A DNA stretch of 64,000 bases from assembly GCF_036321535.1 (NCBI RefSeq), contig NC_087437.1, positions 85,004,001 to 85,068,000 on the forward strand, read 5' to 3'. Within the stretch, counting starts at the first letter, position 1. Each line of letters starts with the position of its first letter. A program made the position numbers and the translations under genes. The notes beneath the pieces are model-generated. The model saw only the letters and a program-made list of their open reading frames with translations, was not told where the DNA came from and searched no databases. Positions 14,401-25,355 of the stretch are shown here, in pieces. The stretch comes from Camelus dromedarius. Lineage: Eukaryota.

Positions 14401-14689
14401 GTTTTTTTTAAATTATTTATGCAATGATGAGTAATTAAAGAGAAAACAGTATTTTGCCTATACAAAGATACTGCAGTCCAACACAAGAAGAAAGAAATTG
14501 GAGATGAAGTTTCCCCAGGCAGTGAAAAAAAAAAACCCACAATTTTATAAAGTAGATATAAAGTAGACTACATTTTGCTGTGAATTAAATATATAATTAA
14601 GTAATTGCTTCTATCTTGGAAGATAAGGAGAATTATCTTCAAGATCTTGGGGAAGAGATTGTGAGAAAACAGATGACGATGATGATAAT

Positions 14690-14880
14690 GATTGTAATGA
14701 TTCTCATTATTATCCAATCTTACTAGCACACTTAACAGTTACTCCAGGGAATCTTAATTGTAGTTTAAACATATTAACTGATTAGTACCTCTTAACAACC
14801 TTACGAAGTAAGTACGACCATCCACCATTTTTTTGGGTGAGAAAAGAAAGGGACATAGAAATTGAAAAATGGTCCAAAAA
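14690..14880 (-). mobile_element. MIR fragment
   Basis: ctcttaacaaccttacgaagtaagtac...ccatttttttgggtgagaaaa antisense MIR core. Confidence 0.5.
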
Positions 14881-15039
14881 TAAATAATGACATATAAGTG
14901 AGAATTCAGAAACAGGCCCACACATATGCAGTCTCCAGATACGTGAGAAAAGCAACACTAATGTATAGTGGAAGAAGGACGGTCTTGAAATATAAAAAAA
15001 TGCTGGGTCAAAAATGTATCTGGATTCCTATCCCAAACC

Positions 15040-15525
15040 ATGAGGGCTCTCCAAAGAAACAGAATCAATAGAATTCAAATTATTTTGTGCATTTGAAGGG
15101 AGATTTATCGTGAAGAAATGACTCACAGATTATGGAGGCTAAGCCCTCTGATCGGTCATCTGCAACCTTCAGACCAAGGAGAGTTGTATAATTCAGTTGA
15201 CGTTCCAAGTTTGCAGTTCTTCAAACAAGTTTGCAGTTCTTCAACCTTGAGAACCAAGGTAGACAAAAGTGTCAGTCACTGGGCAACAGAAAATGAGATG
15301 AGATGTGAAACATCAGTGAGGCATGAAAAAACGGGCAAATTTATTTGCTTTTTGTTCTACTATGGTCCTCAAAGGATTTGGTGATGTCCACCCACATTGT
15401 GGAGGGCAGTCTATCAAGTCCATCAATTCAAATGCTAATCTCATCTAGAAAAAACCTCAGAGATACACCCCGAAGTAATGTTTAATCTGGGCTCCCCATG
15501 ACCAGCCATAAAATAACCATCACAC
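15040..15525 (-). mobile_element. MaLR solo LTR (MLT1D/E-like) interrupting an L1M fragment
   Basis: ctccaaagaaacagaatcaatag...cccacattgtggagggca...attcaaatgctaatctcatctagaaa...cataaaataaccatcaca; L1 ORF2-like sequence immediately upstream (14880-15040). Confidence 0.8.
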
Positions 15526-16611
15526 ACCATAAACCATCTGCATATTTTGTAGCGTGTATTCTGTCATGTCTCTTTGGATGTGTAATATAAATATATAGAT
15601 TTCAGACACATAGGTATTTTTGCAGGTGTGTTAAATGTCAGGGTTTCTCAGTCATATTTTCTATAAATGTCTATTAATTCTATTAAAGGGCATATATTTT
15701 TAGATAAACTCAAATGATCCATTTGTAGCTGTTTAAGTTGACCAGTGATTAATCAGCTGTATTAATTTTTTTCAGATACTAAATGAACAAAAGTTAGTTG
15801 CCACTAAAATTGCTAATAATAAAATGGAAGAAATTTAGGTGAAAATAATGAACTCAGTAACCTCTAATATTTTAGATCTTGTATAACTTCATAGTATTTA
15901 GGTAAAATGCTATTTTTATATATCTAAAATATAGAATAAGAGAAGAAGAGGCAGAATGTATCCACTAAAACTTCTGGGGAGTTTCTTAGTAGTACATAAA
16001 TAGACATTTTGGCAGCATCTGTTTATTCATAGGTGTATAAAATAAAAAGTGTGCATATGATCTTTGAGCTAAAAGGTGCTGCTCAGACTCCCTAAAATAG
16101 CTACCTAAATCGCCCTAAAGTATTATCTTCAAAGAGCAAAGCTACATAGAGTTGAGTTCAGTTTCTCATGTGTCTGTAAATTAAACATAGTAAGAGTGAT
16201 ATGTGCAAATGATAACAAATCAAAGTTGGTTACAGCCTATTTTAAAGAATAAACTGACATTGGAGATTTTTTTTTTCCTTAAAACCTGTATTCAGTTTTA
16301 TATCCAGGTTTGGTTTTTTTTTTTTTTTTTTGAGAAACTATGGGATTTGGGAATAAAAGTAGATATCCCACTGAAATAATTCCTCTCTGATATACACCTG
16401 AAGTCATTTCTTTTCATTACATTAAGACCTTACCTTGTGGGCAGCTCATTGAAAGCTGGAGCCAACATTCCTATCGAGCCTCTAAAATAAACTGTTGATA
16501 GGACAAACATCTTAAGGAGCCATAATCAATTATTTAAATGATTATGAGCAGTTTTGTTATCAAGAGAATAACAGGGAAGTGTTTCATGCTAATATATGTA
16601 ACATCATGGGT

Positions 16612-16880
16612 ATTTTTTTTCTATTGAAGTATAGTTGATTTATAATACTGTGTTTGTTTCGGGTGTACAGCATAGTGATTCAGGTTTTTTGCAGATTATA
16701 TTTCATTATAGGTTATTATAATATATTGGATATAATTCCATATGCTATACAGTAAATCCTTGTTGCTTCTCTATTTTATAAATAGTAGTTTGTATTTGTT
16801 TTTTCCATGCTCCTAATTTGCTCCTCCCTATTCTCTCTCCCCTTTTGTAACCATACATTTGATTTGATTTGTTTGTTTGA
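16612..16880 (-). mobile_element. 5'-truncated L1 3' UTR fragment (artiodactyl-type)
   Basis: T-run then attgaagtatagttgatttataatactgtg...ggtgtacagcatagtgattca; similar to the element at 57195-58648. Confidence 0.8.
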
Positions 16881-17239
16881 TACATATACTAAGCTACCAT
16901 AAGCTTTGGCAGAAAAGGAAAAAGGAGTGTCTCATATTAGCTACTAGTGTTTTCTAACTCAATCACTAGGCTAACTTTTCTGTCACAAATAGCATAGTGG
17001 AAAAATACATTTTCAGGATTAGTCAGTGCAACATAAATTGACTGAAATCATATGAGTTCTTTTTATCAGTGCTAAAATATCTTTACTTATACATTAAATC
17101 TAATTTATTTACTAAATTTCTGAGTGCTATTAAGATGATGTAAATGTCATATACCTTGGAGAAATCATAGCAAATAGAAATGCGTAATATGTCTAACGGT
17201 TTTACATGCATATTTGATTATAATAATTATATGAATTAC

Positions 17240-17300
<61 letters not shown>
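17240..17300. repeat. (TAT)~20 microsatellite
   Basis: perfect trinucleotide run. Confidence 0.98.
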
Positions 17301-18450
17301 TATTATTCTAGTCTTATAAATAAGGACTCCAACCAGATTTTCTGGCAGAGAAAAGATTAGATTCACCTACGATTTGACCACAAAACACGTACTCCTACTA
17401 TGTTGTCACTTCACCTCAACATAAAGTAACAGTTGCTGAAAAAGACTAATAGTATGCATTCTTTCCATGTACGTAAACTCCTCTTCTGTACATTATTCTC
17501 TATCTTACTTTTAATGTTTAATATATTGGGACAATTTTATATCAGCACAAATATGTCAGCCTCATTGTTTTCATTAAAAATTATCTTGAGAATCTGATTA
17601 GCATCACTAGAGAAATTAAGAGTAGAATGAACATTAATATAGCAAGGTAAGCATAGAAGAAAATTAAAAAATCAAAAACCACTGTGCAGTTCAGATCAAA
17701 TTTCTTGGATCTATTTACAATTTACCTTAAAACACACATTTGGTGGCCATTTTTCTAAGCCTCTGTGTCAGAAGAACAACTACCTAATTTAAGTTTAATG
17801 GTAGTATTTTTAATTTTTAATATTACATGTTACCTTATGCAATACCTTACTGGACCAAAATTTTTGTTTAGGTTTCCTCCAAGTGAATAGCACCATCATA
17901 TTAAAATAACATAAGGAGTGAATATTAATAAAGTAAACCATTTATGCCAGCAGTCTAATTAATATTTAACTTTTATTGAAAGCATTTTTATTTCCTCAGG
18001 CTTTGGGGTCTTCTTCAATTACAAGTTCCCTTTAAATTACTCAAATAGACATATTTCTTTCTGTTATTTAACTAATATTATTTTGTGGAAAAATAAGCCT
18101 TTACTCCCTTTTTAAAGAAACTTTGGAAAAGAGAGACACTGAAAGAAACAAATACATTAAAAATAGAAACATGAGCAAAGCATAGGAACTAGTTCATTCT
18201 ACTAAATAATTTTAGTTTGTTCTGAAGCACATAATTTTAACTCTTAATCCTTGCTTAGTTTTCCAACTATATTATGAAAAATATACTAAATAGCCCTGAG
18301 TTTTGGAAAATTTTGATTTTTTTGAAAAGATGACAATAGGGAGAAAAAAATTAGCTTTTGTCCTCATATAAAGTTGTATCCTTGTTAATTAAGTCTTCTT
18401 ACTATAGAAACTGCAGTAAAACTTAGAGACACTGATAACAGATGCTTTTT

Positions 18451-20691
18451 TTTTTTAACACTTTTTTATTGAGTTGTAGTCATTTTACAATGTTGTGTCA
18501 AATTCCAGTGTAGAGCAAAATTTTTCAGTTATACATGAACATATATATATTCATTGTCACATTTTTTTCACTGTGAGCTACCACAAGATCTTGTATATAT
18601 TTCCCTGTGCTATACAGTATAATCTTGTTTATCTATTCTACATTTAGAAATCCCAGTCTGTCCCTTCCCACCCCCTGCCCCCTTGGCAACCACAAGTTTG
18701 TATTCTATGTCTATGAGTCTGTTTCTGTTTTGTATTTATGTTTGTTTGTGGGGTTTTTTTTTTTTGATGACGTATATGAGTGATACCATATGGTGTTTTT
18801 CTTTCTCATTCTGGCTTTCTTCACTTAGAATGACATTCTCCAGGAACATCCATGTTGCTGCAAATGGCATTATGTTGTCAGTTTTTACAGCTGAATACTA
18901 TTCCATTGTATAAATATACTGCTGCTTCTTTATCCAGAAATCTGTTGATGGGCATTTAGTCTGTTTCCATGTCTTGGCTATTGTAAATAGTGCTGCTATG
19001 AACATTGGGGTGCAGGTGTCTTTTTGAAGTAGGGTTCCTTCTGGATATATGCCCAGGAGTGGGATTCCTGGGTCATATGGTAAGTCTATTCCTAGTCTTT
19101 TGAGGAATCTCCATACTGTTTTCCACAGTGGCTGCACCAAACTGCATTCCCACCAGCAGTGTAGGAGGGTTCCCTTTTCTCCACAGCCTCTCCAGTATTT
19201 GTCATTTGTGGACTTTTGAATGATGGCCATTCTGGCTGGTGTGAGGTGATACCTTATTGTAGTTTTGATTTGCATTTCTCTAATAATTAGTGATATTGAT
19301 CATTTTTTCATGTGCCTATTGATCATTTGTATTTATTCCTTGGAGAATTGCTTGTTTAGGTCTTTTGTCAATTTTTGGATTGGGTTTTTTTGGGTTTTTT
19401 TTTGGTATTAAGTAGTATGAGTTGCTTATATATTCTGGAGATCAAGCCTTTGTTGGTTTCATTTGCAAAAATTTTCTCCCATTCCGTAGGTTGTCTTTTT
19501 GTTTTACTTATGGTTTCCTTTGCTGTGCAGAAGCTTGTAAGTTTCATTAGGTCCCATTTGTTTATTCTTGCTTTTATTTCTATTGCTTGGGTAGACTGTC
19601 CTAGAAGAACATTTTTGAGATGTATGTCAGGCAATGTTTTGTGTCTATTTTCTTCTAGGAGTTTTACTGTATCTTGTCTTATGTTTAAGTCTTTGATCCA
19701 TTTTGAGTTGATTTTTGTGTATGGTGTAAGGGAGTGTTCTAGCTTCATTGCTTCACATGCTGCTGTCCAGTTTTCCCAACACCATTTGCTGAAGAGACTG
19801 TCTTTATTCCATTGTATATTCTTGCCTCCTTTGTTGAAGATCAGTTGACCAAAAGTTTGTGGGTTCATTTCTGGGCTCTCTATTCTGTTCCATTGGTCTA
19901 TATGTCTGTTTTGGTACCAATACCATGCTGTCTTGATGACTGTAGCTCTATAGTATTGTCTGAAGTCTGGGAGAATTATTCCTCCAGCCTCTTTCTTTCT
20001 CTTCAGTAATGCTTTGTCAGTTCTAGGTCTTTGATGGTTCTATATAAATTTTATTTTGATTTGTTCTAGTTCTGTGAAATATGTCCTGGGTAATTTGATA
20101 GGGATTGTATTAAATCTGTAGATTGCCTTGGGCAGTGTCACCGTTTTAACAATATTGATTCTTCCAATCCAGGAGCATGGGATATCTTTCCATTTTTTTA
20201 AGTCTTCTTTAATTTCCTTCATCAATGGTTTATAGTTTTCTGTGTATAATTCTTTCACCTCCTTGGTTAGATTTATTCCTAGGTATTTTGTTACTTTGGG
20301 TGCTATTTTAAAGGGGATTGTTTCTTTACTTTTTTTTCCTTGTGGATTCATCATTAGTGTAAAGAAATGCAAATGATTTTTGAACGTTAATCTTGTAACC
20401 TGCTACCTTGCTGAATTCTTCAATCAGCTCTAGTGGTTTTTGTGTGGACCTTTTAGGGTTTTCTATATATAGTAACATGTCATCGGCATATAGTGACACT
20501 TTTACCCCTTCTTTTCCAATTTTGATCCCTTTTATTTCTCTCTTTTGCCTGATTGCTGTGGCTAGGTCGTCCAAGACTGTGTTGAATAGGAGTGGTGATA
20601 GTGGACATCCTTGTCTTGTCCCAGATTTTAGTGGGAAGCTTTTGAGTTTTTCATCGTTGAGTACTATGCTGGCTGTAGGTTTGTCATGACC
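18451..20691 (-). mobile_element. Young 5'-truncated LINE-1 (~2.2 kb; RT C-terminal half, Cys-rich domain, 3' UTR, poly(A)) with TSD
   Basis: ORF pieces [66 protein letters not shown]; poly(T) at the left end; TSD gatgcttttt at 18441-18450 and 20692-20701. Confidence 0.97.
18898..20574 (-). pseudogene. Disrupted L1 ORF2p (reverse transcriptase / C-terminal domain)
   Basis: Four ORF-track segments (20326-20574, 20040-20372, 19368-19868, 18898-19275) are collinear with L1 ORF2p, separated by two frameshifts and in-frame stops. Confidence 0.93.
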
Positions 20692-21544
20692 GATGCTTTT
20701 TAATCAGAGTATTTCAGTCTATGAAATTGCTTTGTGACTATTATATAAATTCAAAGGAGACATTTAAAATGTTGTAATCAAATTTGAAAAATTATTAGTT
20801 GAGATTCTAATGTTCATGATTTGTATTGAAATAGTTAATGAGTTTCAGTAGGACCAAAAGTTTATGTCATTTTGAATTCTGATTATCAGGTGACCAATTG
20901 TTAACAATTCCTGATGGTTATAATATTTTTGGTGGTGGAAAAGGACATATAGTGAACAATTTCATGGTGAAGTATAAATCAGATGATGGAACCATGTTTC
21001 ATTTGAAAGAACTGTAGAGTCAGAGAGCACAGATTTTTTTTTTTAAGATGTGATTTTTAAACAATGATTACATTTTGGATTGTAAAGAAAATAGTTCTTC
21101 AAGATAGCTAAAGAGAATCAATAATCAATAATCTTAAATTTCTTATAACTTATTATGGTTCAAAATGTGTCCACTTTTTGCTTTAACATAAGCATCCTTT
21201 AGACACAATTATGAAAAAAGATTTGCTACTTCCTTCAAATAAGTATTATGCCCTCAAATCTCTGAATACTGCATTGTTTCTTGATCAAGTTTATAAGAAC
21301 TGACTGCTAAAATATAAAATGTTTTAATAACGTGACACACAAATCTTCTACTTGAGGCCATCTCAAATTGACTTCTGTTTTGAACAACTGTTTTTTGTTT
21401 GTTTGTTTTTTAATCTGACTGAGCTGAAAGTGGAACAAGGATTGGTAGCCTCTGGGAAGTATTAAATGATATTACTACTCTTTTCAGGTCATGATTCAGC
21501 ACTAATACCAGGCCATTCCTTTAGGAAATGGTTTTGACTGGGTA

Positions 21545-21572
21545 GTTCCCTAGCAACGAAGGCCATAGCAAC
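21545..21572. promoter_or_regulatory. Candidate tandem RFX X-box motifs
   Basis: GTTCCCTAGCAAC directly followed by GAAGGCCATAGCAAC; resembles the X-box consensus GTNRCC(N0-3)RGYAAC. Confidence 0.4.
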
Positions 21573-22399
21573 ACCAAAGGAGGCATCAGTAAAGTGAACC
21601 CTCTCAGGGAACTTTGATTGATATTACAGAACCTGCATTTCCTGTGGGAGTAAGACTCCTATCAGTGGCTTTGACCTTTACCATCTTCATTTTTGATTTT
21701 TCTTTGGAGTCATTACAGCTGCTTTTCCACTGAATAGAGACCTATGCCAGTGGGATCTTGAGATGAGATTTTTTTCCCTGAGATGCAGAAAACAGGAAAC
21801 AGGTGTATAGTAAAATGCAGACATAAGGCTTTTTTGGTTCTTGATAAGCAAAGGGTTTAATATGGGACTATATGCTGCCCTTACATGTTTTTGAGTTGAC
21901 TGTTTTTTTTTTAATCAAGAACATAAGCTATTCAACAGAGTCACATACACAGTTAACATCATTCATCAGAAACAGTAAGACTTGATTAAGAGATTCAGAT
22001 TGATTGACAGTTGATTAGGTTTTATTATAAAGTATTTGTTTTTGTGTGCATTATGAAGGAAAAATACAAACATTTTTGAAAGGTAAATTGATCAAATTAA
22101 TTCTAAAACTTATTAAAGTAAATATGTGGCAGTATATATAAACATGTATTTTATTGTCACATTTTTCTGTTGCTTTAAATTAAGAATAAAGACACAATGT
22201 TTTCTATGATTACAAATTTGCCAAGCTTTGGGTCTGTAGTGCTTGTGTGGGAAGCTGTCTTGCTTTTATCCTTTATTATCCATTTTGGATAAGTATTTGC
22301 ATATAACTCAGATCCCTCTTTTTTTTCAGTTGAAAGCAAAACTCTTATTCCTTCTGTAAGCTGTAACACAAATGTATCTATTTGTAGCAGAAACTTGCT

Positions 22400-22842
22400 G
22401 TTAACACAGGCTTAACTATTTTCTTCACAGTCCCTGCACTATTGAGTTTGAAAATCTGAGTAATTGCGTTCCCAGCGTCCCTTATCATGTGATGTACTTC
22501 TGGCTACTAAAATGTAAGTAAAAATAGGCTGGGAGCTTCTGGGAAAGTTCATTTTTCTTGGTAAAAGAGAATGATTACCAATGGCACAACCGCCTGACAC
22601 ACACACCTTTTTCTCCCCTCTTCCATCATTCTCTTGCCTAAAGAGGCAGCAGCAACCTTGAGCCCATGAAGCAAAGGCACGGGGAGCTGTAATAAGGTTG
22701 CCACTGCTGAGCAGCCAAAATAATACCAGCAGTTTCTTCTTCCATACTTTTTATTAAAGGAGAAAAAAAAAGGCAGTTTGTTTTAAGATTCCCAACAATT
22801 GATTTTCTCTTGGTACAGGCTAAATCTGCCTTATTAATTCAA
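22400..22842 (+). mobile_element. MaLR LTR (MLT1I/J-like)
   Basis: catgtgatgtacttctggc...gggagcttctgggaaagt...gcagcagcaaccttgagcccatgaag. Confidence 0.65.
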
Positions 22843-23024
22843 CATAATTGGTTGGTTGGTAATAAAGGGTTGTCACTGTTTTCTGCATATCAGTTTATTC
22901 TTTTTGCATAGATAGTAAGTTTAAACAGAGAACTGTGTTTTTTTTTTCTTTTATTTTTCCAAAGAGATATATAGAGGATTAGACACTTGGCAAATGTAAT
23001 AAATACCTTGATATTATCTACTCT

Positions 23025-23232
23025 ACAGCAAGGATTCCGTACCTAAGCATCATCGACATTTGGGACTGGATAACTTTGTCAGGGTGGGGAAAGGGGCTGT
23101 TCTGCGCATTGTAGGATTTTTGGATCATCCTAGTAAATGCCAATGGCATCCCCTTCCTAGATATGACAAAGTCTCCAGACCTGCCAGATGTCCTCTGGAA
23201 GGCAAAAATCACTCCAGCTGAGAACCAGAGTA
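23025..23232. mobile_element. MER20 (hAT-Charlie) DNA transposon
   Basis: gacatttgggactggataactttgtc...gcattgtaggat...gtctccagacctgccagatgtcctctggaaggcaaaaatcactccagctgagaacca matches recalled MER20. Confidence 0.85.
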
Positions 23233-24624
23233 TTGAAAACATTCGGATATGACACATTAAAAAAGAGGAAATTCACCTTCATGTTTTTATTCTTTAATTG
23301 TGTTTTGTAAATATTTTCTGTATTGCAGTACTTTTGCAGTACATGTATTTTGATCTCTAAGATTGCTTTTCATAAAATGACATGAAATAAACTTTAAATG
23401 ATACTCGCAAGGAAATGCTGTGGAATAAGATTGTTTATGTGACATGGAAACCACAGGTTAAGTCTGTTAAAATGAGGCATTAGAGTGAAGTAGTAAATAA
23501 CTATTTACTTTGGCATTGAATAGTATTCAGGGTGTCACAAATTTACAAATTCAGATTACATCAGTGACCAAGAAGGAAAAGGAAGTCTGTGAAGCAGCTT
23601 TAGAATTTATACTTCAAAACAGACTGGTAGTGTTAGAGGTGAACCAAAGCACGTTGTCCCAACTACAAGTATTTAAATTCGAAGAATATTAAACATTCTA
23701 CAGGCTAAAGAAAAGATATGTTTATGTACATTCCACTGCTAATTTGCAACCCCTAAATAATATTGTCTACAAGATACATTACCATTTCATGTTCAACTGA
23801 ATGCTTTGACATAAATATTAACATTTGTATTATCTATGAGTTGGCTTATCTGGACAGTCCATATATTTAAATTGTGTTTTTAAGCTGGGTACCAGCAAAA
23901 TGATTTCTTTTTCACCTAGACAGATGGTAGCCTTGTGTTACAGACAGGCAATAATTCTCAAAGCAAATCCATAGATATTCTACTCTATTTCAATAAAAGG
24001 GTAACATTCTTAACCAGCAGATGATTTAAAGTGGCTGTTAGTTATTCATTCATTCTTTCTATCCTTCAATAATTATTTATACATTAGCTATTTGGAATCT
24101 TTTTATCAGATGCTGAAGTTGCAAAGAAGAATAAAGAATTATGTTGATTCTATGATATCCACTGCCAAGTAAAAATGGATGACAGATAAAGAGATAATTA
24201 TAATACTATGTGGTACTACATGATAATAGAAATATTCATAAAGAATTGTAGAAATATGAAAAAACTTGCTCATTCATTCAGATTTTCTTGTTATTTGTTC
24301 AGATACACATAATGTTCGTAATGGTGAAAAGCTAGCACATTTAGAGCTAAAAGCAAAACGTGTTAAATGATTCAGATAGATTCTGAAGTGAAGCCATTAA
24401 GAAAATTAGCAAGACGTTATTAAAAAGAAATCACTTTCAATAAATCAGTTGAGCAAATAAGGTTAACTATGTAAGATTCAATTGAAACATATTGACACAT
24501 TTCAATATTATGATGATGTTAATGCAAAGTTGTGATTTCAAGGCAAGGAAAATCAATGTAACTCAAAAAAGTAATTAGTTTTTTTCTCTTAGTCCATTAC
24601 CACCAAGAGGAAATGTTTAAGGAT

Positions 24625-24830
24625 AAATTAAATGACTAATATAAATACTAAATTTATTTTAAATATATTTATAAACTATATTAAAATCATATATTTAATC
24701 TATAATATATATTATAGATTATATAAAATGATTATATATTATATATTTATATATTTAAATATGTTATATCAAATAAATATGTATCATATATATTATATGT
24801 ATAATTATAAATAATTAAATTCTAATAAAA
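24625..24830. repeat. AT-rich low-complexity (TA-derived) tract
   Basis: about 200 bp almost entirely A/T. Confidence 0.85.
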
Positions 24831-25074
24831 TTTGTCTTAGGATAGATATAGGCAAATATGAAAATGATCAGGACAGGAGTAAGTTTTATACATCATGCTC
24901 CTATTAATCATAATTAGCTGTCTAAATTGAATGTTTATCTTTGGAAAGCAGGTTGACTTCCCTGATGTGAAGTTTAAGATCCTTATGGTTGAAAGGTCAC
25001 TATAACCACAGCTTTTCTTCTCTCTCTCTTTAAATTACTGTAAGAAGTGTTTCCCATTCTTTAGATATTATTAC

Positions 25075-25355
25075 AGATACTTCTGGTGCTCAATCCATGT
25101 CCCTTTAGAATTCACTAGTCTCGTGCATACCACATTTGGACAACGACTATGCCAATTTTCTCCTTCATGGTAGCATAATGTTGAAGCATCTTATACATAT
25201 GTCCCAAATGTCTGCATTAAAATCAAGATCCAGTTGTATATGGTAATAATCTGTCAGTAACATATCCTTCATTGGATTCCTTTCATTTCCCAGCATCTCC
25301 ATCAGTGCTTCTGGGGATATAAACAAATTCCTCAATGCAGGAGTCTAAAATAAGT
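25075..25355 (+). mobile_element. ERVL LTR16-like fragment
   Basis: ttcattggattcctttcatttccc...cagtgcttctgggga resembles the LTR16 3' part. Confidence 0.4.

Noticed and set aside
19375..19848. 157-aa plus-strand ORF (also 58390-58626 and 41458-41793)
   Set aside because: Antisense reading of L1 ORF2, a common source of spurious hypothetical proteins.
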